A DNA stretch of 64,000 nucleotides from assembly GCA_022801715.1 (NCBI GenBank), contig JAAWSV010000009.1, positions 292-64,291 on the forward strand, in the 5' to 3' direction. Shown here piece after piece: positions 54,913 through 64,000 of this stretch. Every line of letters begins with the position of its first letter. Position 1 is the stretch's first letter. The notes beneath the pieces were generated by a model. It saw nothing but the letters and a program-made list of their open reading frames with translations. It did no database searches and had not been told where the DNA came from. The stretch is from Oscillospiraceae bacterium. Lineage in GTDB: Bacteria > Bacillota > Clostridia > Oscillospirales > Oscillospiraceae. A program made the position numbers and the translations under genes.

Positions 54913-55551
54913 TTACTTGATCCAGCTCTCGTCGGAGGGATTGTCGCGGAAGGCGATCAGCCTCGCCACGTCCTCGGGCTTGATGTAGCCCTCCTCGGCG
55001 GCCACCTTGGCAATGGCGTCGAAGTTGGAGAGGCTCACATTGCGCACATTGGCAGCGGCCATACGATCCAGCCCCTTCTTCATGCCGTAGGTGAAGATGC
55101 TGGCGATGCCCAATACCTCCGCCCCGGCCTGACGCAGGGCCTCCACCACCTCCAAAACGCTGCCGCCGGTGGAGATCAGATCCTCAATGACCACCACCTT
55201 CTGCCCCTTCTCCAGCCGGCCCTCGATCCGGTTCTCCCGGCCGTGGTCCTTGGACCCGGAGCGGACATAGCCCATAGGCAGGCCCAGCAGATGTCCCACG
55301 ATGGCGGCGTGGGGAATACCGGCGGTGCTGGTGCCCATCAGTACCTCGCAGTCCGGATACTCCCGGCGGATGGTCTCCGCCAGGGCCTTCTCCACGATGT
55401 CCCGGGCGGCGGGAGCGGTTAAGATCAGGCGGTTGTCGCAGTAGATGGGACTTTTAATCCCGCTGGCCCACACAAAGGGCTCCTCCGGCCGCAGAAATAC
55501 GGCCTTAATCGCCAGCAGCTCCTTGGCAACTGTCATCTGGATGTTCTCCAT
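54913..55551 (-). CDS. pyrE: Orotate phosphoribosyltransferase
   Basis: 212 aa. KSPIYCDNR and PRPP-binding VVVIEDLISTGGS motifs. An alternative start lies 5 codons downstream. Confidence 0.93.
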   Translation of the reverse strand: MENIQMTVAKELLAIKAVFLRPEEPFVWASGIKSPIYCDNRLILTAPAARDIVEKALAETIRREYPDCEVLMGTSTAGIPHAAIVGHLLGLPMGYVRSGSKDHGRENRIEGRLEKGQKVVVIEDLISTGGSVLEVVEALRQAGAEVLGIASIFTYGMKKGLDRMAAANVRNVSLSNFDAIAKVAAEEGYIKPEDVARLIAFRDNPSDESWIK

Positions 55552-55656
55552 AGTAAAAATCCTTTCTCAGAATAAATATCACAAAGTCCTTATTGCAGCC
55601 GGCAGGTGTGCCAGCGTCAGCGGGCGCGGCGCCAAGCGGCTGCAAGCCCTCTTTTC

Positions 55657-56352
55657 TCAGATAAATTCCTTGACGCAGCGCCGATAGGCCGCAATGGGGT
55701 CCTCGGCTCTGGTGATGGGACGGCCCACCACGATGTAGTCGGAGCCAATCTCCTTGGCCTTGGCGGGGCTGGTGACGCGGACCTGATCCTGCACCGGACC
55801 GTCGGCAAAGCGGATGCCGGGGGTGACGGTGAGGAAGTTCTTCCCGCAGGCCTCATGGACGGCGGCGGCCTCCAAGGGGGAGCAGACCACGCCGTCCAGC
55901 CCCGCCCGGCGGGCGTTCTCCGCGTAGTGGAGCACCACCTCGTTCATGGGGTGGTCGATGAGCAGCTCCCGGCGCATCCGGTCCTCGCTGGTGGAGGTGA
56001 GCTGGGTGACGGCGATGAGCAGGGGCCGGGACCCGTCGGGACGGGTAAGGCCCTCCAGCGCGGCCTCCATCATGGTGATGGTGCCGGCGGCGTGGAGGTT
56101 GCACATGTCCACGTCCAAGCGGGAAAGCACCGCCATGGCGCTCTTCACCGTGTTGGGGATGTCGTGGAGCTTTAAGTCCAGAAAGATCTTGTGTCCCCGG
56201 GCCTTGATCTCCCGGCAGATGTCCGGTCCCTCGGCGTAGTAGAGCTCCTTGCCGATCTTCACATAGGGCTTCTCCTCGGTGAACCTGTCCAAAAAGCTGA
56301 GGGCCTCCTCCTTGCAGCCAAAGTCGCAGGCGATGATAACATCCTTACCCAT
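55657..56352 (-). CDS. pyrF: Orotidine 5'-phosphate decarboxylase
   Basis: In-frame ATG 56352 after AGGAGG inside ORF 55657..56379. [28 protein letters not shown] motifs. Confidence 0.92.
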   Translation of the reverse strand: MGKDVIIACDFGCKEEALSFLDRFTEEKPYVKIGKELYYAEGPDICREIKARGHKIFLDLKLHDIPNTVKSAMAVLSRLDVDMCNLHAAGTITMMEAALEGLTRPDGSRPLLIAVTQLTSTSEDRMRRELLIDHPMNEVVLHYAENARRAGLDGVVCSPLEAAAVHEACGKNFLTVTPGIRFADGPVQDQVRVTSPAKAKEIGSDYIVVGRPITRAEDPIAAYRRCVKEFI

Positions 56353-56725
56353 CTCTGTGCTCCTCCTTTTATCATACAAAATTTTTGTTACTCCTTCGTT
56401 TGACCCGCTCCGGGCAAAAAAAATACCCGGCCGCCGGATGCCTCACAAAACAGCACCGACGCCGGAAACAAAACGTCCTTTGAAAACGGAAAGCCCAATA
56501 GAAACAGTGATCCCCACCCGCTGAAACAGATATTTTGCCTTGGCCATCATGTTCACTGCGCAGCCCATGGGTGCCCTCCATCTCACCAAAATTCCGTACT
56601 TCAAACTATCCCATTTTACGTCTGATCATTCTGTTTGTCAAGGTGTCATTTCCGACAAAACTCTCCCTCTCTCCGCAGACATTTTTTGTCGAAGAGGGTC
56701 CTGCTCCCGCCGGCGCCGCCAGCCA

Positions 56726-56777
56726 AAAACCGTCGCCGGAAGCGGTAAACCCGCTTCCGGCGACGGTTTTCTTTTTT
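56726..56777. terminator. Terminator downstream of the large SLH protein gene
   Basis: AAAACCGTCGCCGGAAGCGG taaac CCGCTTCCGGCGACGGTTTT, a 20-bp perfect stem with A/T runs on both sides. Confidence 0.85.
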
Positions 56778-56798
56778 GAAAGTCTTTAGATTTCAAAA
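56774..56798. repeat. TGAAA(G)TC-N4-GATTTCA hairpin (family member 3, imperfect)
   Basis: TTTTGAAAGTC ttta GATTTCAAAA with one bulged G, just downstream of the stop at 56803. Confidence 0.45.
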
Positions 56799-56802
56799 GA
56801 AA

Positions 56803-59112
56803 TCATTTTCCAACCTCCACCCCGCGAACCACATTGTTGTCATCCACGTAGATGGTCAGCCGACCGCCGTAGGCGATGGCCGCATTGAGGTTGCGCAGCC
56901 AGACGCCACCGTCCTTGTTGTAGCAGCAGTTGTCGATGCCCTTGCCCACGGTGTAGAGTTCACCATTGTGGTAGACGCTCTCGCCGTCCCGCCAAGCACT
57001 GGCGGGGATATCCCGCACCGGCGTCAGCTGGAACATGGTGGTGATCATCTGGTCGTTGCCGGCCTTGGCAGAGAAGCCAACCCACTGCCCGGTGGAGAGT
57101 CCACGGTTGACCTCGAACTCGACAAGCTTACCGGTGCTGTTTTCAACACGGGTCTTGGTCGTGGTGGTCTCGGTGTACTGCTCGTTCCCGTCCTTATCCA
57201 GCACGGGATTCCCCTTGTCGTCCGTGACCAGATCGCGCCTTGTATCCACATCCGCAAACACGCGGCCATACTTGTAGCCCTCGCCGGTGACGTCCTCCAG
57301 CACAAGGATATCCACCTTACCGGCGTAGTTCTTGTGGGTATAGGTAATCTCGCCGCTCTTGATCTCATCGGCCTCGATGTCCCCCCAGGCAATCTCCCGC
57401 AGTTCACTGCCCTTGACGGTTTCATACAGACGCACATCAGGGGCCACGTCGGTGCTGCCTACAGTCTTTCGTCTCACATTCAAATCGCCGTGGACACCCT
57501 TGCCGCTCACCTTGCTGACATTGATAGAGGTCTTGCTGCTGGAGGATACCGTGACAATCTGTCCCTTGAGCTTATCCAAGTCCTTGGCCCCGGTGACCTT
57601 CAGGCCGTTGAACAGCTCCAAATTCCCGCTCTCATCCACAAAGCCCATAGCGTTGCCCCGGGCCGTATTGCTGGTGGAGACACCGGCCACCTTGTTGTTC
57701 TCCGTCAGCAGCAGGGTGATGGCCTGCCCCACCTTGACTTGGGAGATGGTGTCGATGGCGCAGGGAAGCACCTCCAGACTGCCCTCGATGCCGGTGACCT
57801 CAATGGTGGTGGGAGCTGCCGGGTTGGGGTAGGCGTCCTTATAGTACATGGTGATGCGGTTGTCGCTGACATAGATGGTATTGTTGGAGGAACTGTAGGT
57901 GGCCACATCGAACTCCTTCAGTGCCTTGGAGCTGACATTTTCACCGTGCTTGAAGATCTTGTAGTCGGTGCGGTCGGTGAGCAGGGCGAAGCCAGCGGTG
58001 CTGCCGTCCTTGGCAATAATCACCGCGTCATCGGAGGTAGTGGTGCCTACAAACACGCTCTCCACCCGGCCGGCGGCATTGATGTAGATGGTGGCCAAAG
58101 TACCCGCCCGCAGAGCGGTGAAGCCATCCACATAGTCGCTGTCCTTGCCGTCCCGCAGGAGCTTGGCGCTGCTGGCTACCGTGTACTTCATGCCGGTGGA
58201 ATCTGTGATGGCGTTGGTCTCCGCCAAGGAGATGGTAATATTTTTGCTGCTGCCCTCGCTGGAGGGGATAAAGGCGATAGCCTTCTCCTCCTTGGTCACC
58301 ACGCGGCCCTTCCGCCCGGAGAGCAGACCGGCACCGGGGTTCCCCTCAAAGAGATAGTCACCCTGCGTGGTGCGCATAATCCGCTCACCGGCATCATTTT
58401 TGGCGTTGGCATCTAAGAGCACCGCTTCCACGGAGCCGCCCAAAGAATTGTAGTAGTAGCCGCCGCTTTTCGTCTTGCAGTTAAGCAAATTCACAAACAG
58501 CCGCACTGCCTGCCCGCGGTTAATCGGACTGCTGCCGGAGAGCTTCACGCCGTCACTGAGGCCGATCGCCATAGCCTGATCAATATACCCGTCGGGCCAC
58601 ACCACGCTGACATCGCTGTCGCTGTAGCCCAGCATCCGCATGAGGATGGTAATCGCCTGCCCGTAGGTCACGGTGCGGTCGGGACCGAAGGTGCCGTCGG
58701 AGAAGCCGGAGATCAGGCGTGTCCCCTTGCCCTCGCCGCCCTCGCTGCCGTTGACGGTGAGGCGGGAGGCCAGATTTACATACCCTGCCGCCCAGTGTCC
58801 GGGCCTCACATCGGGAAAGATGGTGTAATTCTTATAGATATTTACCCGATCCCCCTGCCCCATAGCCGCCACGGCCATCTTGCAGAACTGGGCCCGGGTC
58901 AGGGTGCCCGAGGGGTCAAAGCTGCTGCCGGACATGCCGTCCACCACGCCCATCAGCTGCAAAACCTCAATATTCTGGGCCATGACCAGATCGCTGACAT
59001 CGCTGAAGGTTCCCGCGGCCTCCGCCTGAGGCACCATCAGCCCCGGTGCCGCCCCAAGGAGCAGCACCGCCGCCAGCACCAGCGAAGCGGCCCGTTTCAT
59101 GAACTGTCTCAT
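56803..59112 (-). CDS. Large SLH-domain cell-surface protein (candidate S-layer or wall-associated protein)
   Basis: In-frame ATG 59112 after GGAGGAG inside track ORF 56803..59958. Signal MRQFMKRAASLVLAAVLLLGAAPGLMVPQAEA. Three N-terminal SLH repeats (FSDVSDLVMAQNIEVLQLMGVVDG, FPDVRPGHWAAGYVNLASRL, WPDGYIDQAMAIGLSDG). About 550 aa of beta-rich sequence with no recognised motif follow. Confidence 0.8.
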   Translation of the reverse strand: MRQFMKRAASLVLAAVLLLGAAPGLMVPQAEAAGTFSDVSDLVMAQNIEVLQLMGVVDGMSGSSFDPSGTLTRAQFCKMAVAAMGQGDRVNIYKNYTIFPDVRPGHWAAGYVNLASRLTVNGSEGGEGKGTRLISGFSDGTFGPDRTVTYGQAITILMRMLGYSDSDVSVVWPDGYIDQAMAIGLSDGVKLSGSSPINRGQAVRLFVNLLNCKTKSGGYYYNSLGGSVEAVLLDANAKNDAGERIMRTTQGDYLFEGNPGAGLLSGRKGRVVTKEEKAIAFIPSSEGSSKNITISLAETNAITDSTGMKYTVASSAKLLRDGKDSDYVDGFTALRAGTLATIYINAAGRVESVFVGTTTSDDAVIIAKDGSTAGFALLTDRTDYKIFKHGENVSSKALKEFDVATYSSSNNTIYVSDNRITMYYKDAYPNPAAPTTIEVTGIEGSLEVLPCAIDTISQVKVGQAITLLLTENNKVAGVSTSNTARGNAMGFVDESGNLELFNGLKVTGAKDLDKLKGQIVTVSSSSKTSINVSKVSGKGVHGDLNVRRKTVGSTDVAPDVRLYETVKGSELREIAWGDIEADEIKSGEITYTHKNYAGKVDILVLEDVTGEGYKYGRVFADVDTRRDLVTDDKGNPVLDKDGNEQYTETTTTKTRVENSTGKLVEFEVNRGLSTGQWVGFSAKAGNDQMITTMFQLTPVRDIPASAWRDGESVYHNGELYTVGKGIDNCCYNKDGGVWLRNLNAAIAYGGRLTIYVDDNNVVRGVEVGK

Positions 59113-59276
59113 AAGTCTCTCCTCCTTATCATTCCCCCCGCGGTTCCGCCGCAAGCCCTCCGCAGGAGTTTGCGCCTCCGGCGCAAATAAATTGAAATCG
59201 TTTTTCCGGAAACCGCTTTCCTTGGGACAACAAGCAGTCCCAAGGAAAAAATCGTCCCCCCGTCCTATCCCTAAAT

Positions 59277-59304
59277 TCGCGTGAAATCCGCAGATTTCAC
59301 GCGA
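59277..59304. repeat. TGAAATC-N4-GATTTCA hairpin (family member 4)
   Basis: TCGCGTGAAATC cgca GATTTCACGCGA, a 12-bp perfect stem downstream of the permease stop at 59322. Confidence 0.6.
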
Positions 59305-59321
59305 GCACTTCGTGTGGAGTA

Positions 59322-60536
59322 TCACTCCGCACGAAGTGCAACAACCGGCTGCAAACCGGAGGCCTTGATTGCCGGATACATGCCGAAGATGACCCCCAGC
59401 ACCACCGAGAACGCCAGCGCCCCCACCGTGATGGAGAACGAGGGCCAGATGACCATCTGTAGGAGCAGCTTCCCGCCCACTAAGGTCAGGATGGTCCCCA
59501 GCGTCACGCCGAAGATGCCGCCGATGCCGCAGATCATGCCGGCCTCGATCAGAAACTGGCTGACGATAGACTTCCGCTCGGCCCCGATGGCCCGGCGGAT
59601 GCCGATCTCCCTCGTCCGCTCGGTCACCGTCACCAACATGATATTCATAATGCCGATGCCGCCCACCAGCAGGGAGATGGCGGCGATACCGCCCAACACC
59701 AAGCTCATCATCTTGGCGTACTCGTTGCCGCTCTCCGACCACTGGTTGGCATTCTCGACGTAGAAGTAGCCCTTCTGGTTGTTCCAGTCGTTGCGGTCGC
59801 CGCAGATACCGGTGAGAAAGCCGTTGATCAGCGTGGTGGCCTCGGTGGCGGCGGAGGCGGTCTTGGCCTTTACATAGAACTCGTTCATATCCCGGGTATC
59901 CTGCTGCAGCGCCCGGGCGGCGGTGTAGGGAAATACGATCACATTGTCCAGCGACCAAGAAATATTGTCCGCGTCCTTTTCCGCATAGACGCCGATGACG
60001 GTGAAGGGCACGCCGTTGACACGGACCTCCTTCCCCACCGGGTCGGTGGCGTCGAAGAAATTCCGGGCCGCCCGGCCGCCCATGACGCAGACGTTGGCGT
60101 AGTTGTCTATGTCGATCTTGCTCAGGTCCCGTCCCTTCTCGATCTGGAAGTTGTTGACCACGCCGTACTGGTCACTGCCGAAGTACATGTCGGGCCGCTG
60201 ATCCATGCTGTCGCTGGTTTTGTTTCCATAGGTCACGGTGGCGCTCACATAGGCGTTGGGTGTCACCCCGTCCACCTGCTCGGTGAGGTAGAGGCAGTAG
60301 TCATAGAGGTCCTCGAAGACGCTGACCCCGTCGTAGCGGTAGGCGTAGACCTGGATGCGGTTGCTGCCCATCTTCTCGTACATCTCCAGGGACTTCTTGT
60401 TCATGCCCATGAGCACCGAGACAATGGCCATCACCGACGCCACACCGATGATGATGCCCAGCATGGTGAGAAAGGACCGCCCCTTGTTGCCGCCGATGGA
60501 CTTGAAGGCCATCTTGAAGGCCTGCCCCAGTTTCAT
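59322..60536 (-). CDS. ABC transporter permease, MacB/FtsX type
   Basis: 404 aa. N-terminal TM, a large extracytoplasmic domain, then the FtsX-type C-terminal 3-TM bundle (LLVGGIGIMNIMLVTVTERTREIGIRRAIGA). Confidence 0.88.
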   Translation of the reverse strand: MKLGQAFKMAFKSIGGNKGRSFLTMLGIIIGVASVMAIVSVLMGMNKKSLEMYEKMGSNRIQVYAYRYDGVSVFEDLYDYCLYLTEQVDGVTPNAYVSATVTYGNKTSDSMDQRPDMYFGSDQYGVVNNFQIEKGRDLSKIDIDNYANVCVMGGRAARNFFDATDPVGKEVRVNGVPFTVIGVYAEKDADNISWSLDNVIVFPYTAARALQQDTRDMNEFYVKAKTASAATEATTLINGFLTGICGDRNDWNNQKGYFYVENANQWSESGNEYAKMMSLVLGGIAAISLLVGGIGIMNIMLVTVTERTREIGIRRAIGAERKSIVSQFLIEAGMICGIGGIFGVTLGTILTLVGGKLLLQMVIWPSFSITVGALAFSVVLGVIFGMYPAIKASGLQPVVALRAE

Positions 60537-61228
60537 AGCCAGTCCACCTCCTGCTCCTTGTCCTCAATGATCCGCCCGTCGCTGATGCGCACGCACCGGC
60601 GGGCGGTGGCGGCGATGCCGTTGTCGTGGGTGATGAGGATGACGGTACTTCCCTCCTTGTTGAGCTCCTGCAAGAAGTGGAGCACCTCCTGCCCGGTGCG
60701 GCTGTCCAAGGCGCCGGTGGGCTCGTCGGCCATGATGATGGGGGGCCGTGTGGCGATGGCCCGGGCGATGGCCACACGCTGCTGCTGGCCGCCAGACATC
60801 TCCGAGGGGTGGTGCTTGTACCGGTCCGCCACCCCCACCCGCTCCATGGCGTCCATCACCATATCCCGCCGCTTGAAGGGGGAGATATTCTGGTAGATCA
60901 GGGGCAGCTCCACATTCTCATAGGCTGTCAGGGCCTGAATCAGGTTGTAGCCCTGAAAAATAAAGCCGATCTGCTTGTTGCGGATGTGGGAGAGCTGCAC
61001 ATCGTCCAGCTCCTTCACATCCTCCCCGTCAATGAGGTAGGTGCCCCGTGTGGGGATATCTAAGCACCCTAAAATATTCATCAGCGTGGACTTGCCGGAC
61101 CCCGACTGGCCCACCACCGCCACAAACTCCCCCCGGTCAATCCGGAGGTTCACCCCGTCCAGGGCCCGGACCTCGGCATCGGTGTCCTCGTTGTAGATCT
61201 TATATACGCCCCGAATGTCAATCAGCAT
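60533..61228 (-). CDS. ABC transporter ATP-binding protein (MacB/LolD-like)
   Basis: 231 aa. Walker A GQSGSGKST, Q-loop, signature MSGGQQQRVAIARA, Walker B IIMADEPTGALD. Overlaps the permease gene by 4 nt. Confidence 0.93.
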   Translation of the reverse strand: MLIDIRGVYKIYNEDTDAEVRALDGVNLRIDRGEFVAVVGQSGSGKSTLMNILGCLDIPTRGTYLIDGEDVKELDDVQLSHIRNKQIGFIFQGYNLIQALTAYENVELPLIYQNISPFKRRDMVMDAMERVGVADRYKHHPSEMSGGQQQRVAIARAIATRPPIIMADEPTGALDSRTGQEVLHFLQELNKEGSTVILITHDNGIAATARRCVRISDGRIIEDKEQEVDWL

Positions 61229-61246
61229 CGGTTATCACCTCGCCTG

Positions 61247-62962
61247 TCAGCCCCAGGAGTTGTTCTGGAGCTTCTGCATGAACACGATGTCCCCCTCGTT
61301 GACGCCGGACAGGATCTCCACGTTGTACTTGTCGGAGATGCCCGTCTCCACCGGCACGGCAAAGAAGCCCTCCTCAGGGACGTTGAGGGAGGAGATGTCC
61401 ACGTCCACCGCGTTCTCCGGCCGCTCGGCGGTCTCCACAAAGACCACGCTGAGGTTCTCCCCGGTCTCCGGATCGGGGACGTACTTCACGCACTGGATAG
61501 GCAGCACCAGACAGTTCTCGCTCTCACTGGCCACCAAGCTGTAGGTGACGGAGCCGCCGGTGTACATCTGGCCCTCGGTGTTGTCCACCAGAATGGTGGC
61601 CGGATACATGGCCGCGCCGTTGACGTACTCCGGGTTCAGGCTCACCGTCTCCACAAAGCCGCTGTAGGTGTTGCCCCACTGGTTGATGTCCACAAACATC
61701 CCCGCCTTGATATAGGAGATATTCCGCTCGTCCACCTGGGCGGTGACCTGGATGGTGGTGGTGTCGGCGATGGAGATCACGGCGGTGTTGGCCTGGATCT
61801 CCATCCCCGGTGTGATGGCAAGGCCGATGACGGTGCCGGAGATGGGGGCCACGGCGTTGAGGTTGGCCAGGTTCTCCTCCGCCTTCTTCAGGTCCTCCTC
61901 CGCGGTTTTCAAAGCCTCCCGGGCGTTATAGAGCTCCACATCGTTCTTGTCGCCGGTGATGCGCATCAGCTCCTGGCCGGCGGAGACATCCATGTAGTTT
62001 AAGATGTGTTCCCACTCCACTTTGCCGCTGACCTTGGTCGCCACGTCGATGGAGCGGTTATATTTCAGCGTCCCCTGCTCATAGGGGTAGATGGTCTGTC
62101 CATTGGCCTCAATGACGGCGCTGGCGGCCATGTCCGCCCCCAGCGTGCCGGGGTTTGTCAGCTCGATCATCACCTGAAAGAGCCGGGACCCCTCCGGGGA
62201 GATGCGGCTGACCTTGTTCACCTCCGCCACCCGACCGGGAAGCTGCTCCATCACCGCGGGGATGGAGACGGTGACGCTCTGCCCCGGATAGATGTCGCTC
62301 TCATAGGCGTAGCTGTAGTACTGCTCCAGCTTCAGCGTCCGGTCGTCCACCAAAGTGGCCAGAGGAGTGCCGCTGCCGATCTCCTCCCCCACCTCGGGGA
62401 TGTCCTTCACCTCAATAAGCTTCCCAGCAAACTCCGCCCGGACCGTGAGGTTGTCCCCGGCCTCGATGAGCTGGTCCACCTCCTTTTGTCTGGCCTCCAC
62501 GTCCTGCCTGGCCTTGTCCACCGCCGTGCGGGCATTGGGGCTGTCGATGGTGAAGAGCTTGGTGCCCGCCTGCACCTGATCGCCCTCATTGACGAACACG
62601 TCCAAGACGGTGCCGGCGGTGGTGATATTGATGGCCTTGGACTCCTTGGCCTTGGCGGTGCCCGAGCCCTCCACCGTGCTGGTGATGGACCCATAGCCCA
62701 CCGGCTGGGTCATGATCTCGGCCTCCCCCTCCCCGCCGCTGAGGAACTTGGACAGGGCGGTGACGATGGCCGCCGCCACCGCCAGCACCACGACCAAGGT
62801 GATGATCCGCTTCTGCTTTTTCGACAGCTTCTTGCGCTGCTTCTTTTTCTTCTCCGGCTTCTGCTCGCTCTCCGGCGGAGGGGCCGGCGTGCCGCCCCCC
62901 TGTTCCGCCAAGGCTGCCGCCTGCTGCTCCTCCGCGGCGGGGGTGATGACCGATTCACTCAT
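61247..62962 (-). CDS. HlyD/efflux periplasmic-adaptor family protein (YknX/MacA-like)
   Basis: In-frame ATG 62962 inside ORF 61247..63031. K-rich cytoplasmic segment, one TM (IITLVVVLAVAAAIVTAL), a lipoyl/barrel-sandwich hybrid motif (GDQVQAGTKLFTID), coiled-coil hairpins, and beta-barrel domains. Confidence 0.8.
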   Translation of the reverse strand: MSESVITPAAEEQQAAALAEQGGGTPAPPPESEQKPEKKKKQRKKLSKKQKRIITLVVVLAVAAAIVTALSKFLSGGEGEAEIMTQPVGYGSITSTVEGSGTAKAKESKAINITTAGTVLDVFVNEGDQVQAGTKLFTIDSPNARTAVDKARQDVEARQKEVDQLIEAGDNLTVRAEFAGKLIEVKDIPEVGEEIGSGTPLATLVDDRTLKLEQYYSYAYESDIYPGQSVTVSIPAVMEQLPGRVAEVNKVSRISPEGSRLFQVMIELTNPGTLGADMAASAVIEANGQTIYPYEQGTLKYNRSIDVATKVSGKVEWEHILNYMDVSAGQELMRITGDKNDVELYNAREALKTAEEDLKKAEENLANLNAVAPISGTVIGLAITPGMEIQANTAVISIADTTTIQVTAQVDERNISYIKAGMFVDINQWGNTYSGFVETVSLNPEYVNGAAMYPATILVDNTEGQMYTGGSVTYSLVASESENCLVLPIQCVKYVPDPETGENLSVVFVETAERPENAVDVDISSLNVPEEGFFAVPVETGISDKYNVEILSGVNEGDIVFMQKLQNNSWG

Positions 62963-63041
62963 GGCTATGTACTTCCTTTCCAAACCGTAGGGGATTTCTC
63001 GGGTCGGCGCCGCCGTCCCCGTACTGCGCACTGTATGAATG

Positions 63042-63070
63042 ATAGTAATACAGTTTGGCAGTTACGTCAA
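63042..63070 (-). promoter_or_regulatory. Candidate promoter of the ABC efflux operon
   Basis: Minus strand TTGACG (63065-70), 17-nt spacer, TACTAT (63042-47). Direct repeats ATTGTAA lie immediately upstream (63082-88 and 63094-63100). Confidence 0.5.
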
Positions 63071-63375
63071 CTACAAAAGAGTTACAATCCCGGTTACAAT
63101 TTTTTCCGCCATCCCCAGAGGAGACCGCGTCTTTCCCAATTATAGCAGAAAAAAGCAACGAAACGAAGGCAAATCCGCTGTCGGATTTTTACGCCGCCAT
63201 CCTGCCGCCGTCCCTTCGGCACTTTTTTATAGAGACGAAGAAGAGGGGGAAAATGTTCCGATCTTTTCTTGATTTTTTCCCTCCGGTGGGGTAAGCTATG
63301 GAGGACCCCCATATCCTTTCGTTTGTTTGTACAAAATCGACCCTGGTTTTTTTGCGGTGCCCCAGCTTTTTGTGC

Positions 63376-63404
63376 TTGCAATGTCCGGAAATTTGGGGTA
63401 TAGT
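63376..63404 (+). promoter_or_regulatory. Candidate sigma-A promoter of the His-rich protein/CooT-like operon
   Basis: TTGCAA (63376-81), 17-nt spacer, TATAGT (63399-404). Confidence 0.6.
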
Positions 63405-63430
63405 AGTATTAGTTAAAATTATGTCAAAAT

Positions 63431-63449
63431 GTGGACAAATTATGTCCAC
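63431..63449. promoter_or_regulatory. Palindromic operator candidate
   Basis: GTGGACA aatta TGTCCAC between the -10 element and the RBS. AAATTATGTC also occurs as a direct repeat at 63416-25 and 63437-46. Confidence 0.5.
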
Positions 63450-63466
63450 GGATAGGAGCGATTGCC

Positions 63467-63796
63467 ATGGAGCACAGCCACGAGCACACCCATGTCCACA
63501 GCCACGACGGCGTAGAGCATACCCACACCCATACCCACCCCCACGGCCATGACCATGACCACGGCCCCCACGACCATCCACACACCCATGACCACGGCCA
63601 CGACCTGCCGGAGGGTGCGGACCGGACGCTGGCGGTGCTGACGTATATGCTGGACCACAACGTGCACCACTGCGCGGAGCTCAAGGAGATGGCCGCCTCC
63701 CTCACCGGCGAGGCCCAGCACCAGCTTCTCCACGCCGTGGAGGCCTTTGAGGAGGCCAACAGCCACTTGGCAAAGGCTGTGGCGGAGCTCAAGTGA
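63467..63796 (+). CDS. Histidine-rich putative metal-binding protein
   Basis: In-frame ATG 63467 after AGGAG. MEHSHEHTHVHSHDGVEHTHTHTHPHGHDHDHGPHDHPHTHDHGHD is followed by a helical domain (LTYMLDHNVHHCAELKEMAASL). Confidence 0.7.
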   Translation: MEHSHEHTHVHSHDGVEHTHTHTHPHGHDHDHGPHDHPHTHDHGHDLPEGADRTLAVLTYMLDHNVHHCAELKEMAASLTGEAQHQLLHAVEAFEEANSHLAKAVAELK

Positions 63797-63850
63797 AGCG
63801 CCCCTTGGCCGCTTCATGAAGGGCCTGATTTTTGAGAGGAGAGAACAATT

Positions 63851-64000
63851 ATGTGTCTTTCTACCGTATACCGTGACACCAAGGCGGAGGAGAATGTCTG
63901 CGCCAAGTTCGTGGCCCAGATCGACGTGAAGGGGGATACCCTCACCTTTACCGATGTAATGGGTCTTGTCACCACCGTGGAGGGGAAGCTTCTCTCCGCC
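63851..64000 (+). CDS. CooT-like small nickel-binding protein (partial, runs off the window)
   Basis: ATG 63851 after GAGAGGAGAG. The MCLSTVYRDTKAEENVCAKFVAQIDVKGDTLTFTDVMG pattern (Cys2, then beta-strands) resembles the CooT family (MC..N.Y...). Truncated by the window end. Confidence 0.55.
   Translation, partial: MCLSTVYRDTKAEENVCAKFVAQIDVKGDTLTFTDVMGLVTTVEGKLLSA

Overview
This window is the chromosomal replication-origin region of a GC-rich Firmicute. Gene content (T-box, SLH wall anchoring, ECF transporters, jag/yidC/rnpA/rpmH) suggests a Clostridia-type gut anaerobe, but that assignment is inference. The core is rpmH-rnpA-yidD-yidC-jag on the minus strand, then dnaA, an oriC between dnaA and dnaN, dnaN, yaaA, recF, remB, gyrB and gyrA on the plus strand. 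Left of the origin, soj-parB-serS-mscL-rsmG plus hisS, aspS, a GH3 hexosaminidase and an AlaX editing protein point toward the origin. An LTA-synthase-like gene and a T-box-controlled glyQS lie between that block and the origin. Right of gyrA are rnhA, RNase J, two ECF S-components with a divergent MocR regulator, dCMP deaminase, a collagen-like protein with an adjacent glycosyltransferase, a MerR(AdhR-like)-controlled DUF362/aldo-keto-reductase cluster and a Na/Pi cotransporter. A minus-strand block follows: a 1651-aa dockerin-bearing M60-like peptidase translationally coupled to an SLH-anchored protein, pyrE/pyrF, a second large SLH protein and a MacB/YknXYZ-like ABC efflux system. The window ends in a His-rich protein/CooT-like putative nickel locus. 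No rRNA, tRNA, CRISPR array, transposase or prophage gene was seen. Four observations stand out. (1) About 5 percent of the window is intergenic mosaic repeats built from three GC-rich hairpin families, each followed by CTAC, which is REP/BIME-like. (2) Four co-oriented copies of a ~356-nt element share conserved cores and show compensatory hairpin changes. (3) A putative cohesin-dockerin surface display module carries an M60-like protease. (4) The oriC is well resolved, with a DnaA-box cluster, DnaA-trio-like CTA repeats and an AT-rich stretch. The many long antisense ORFs in the track are register artefacts of GC3-rich genes.
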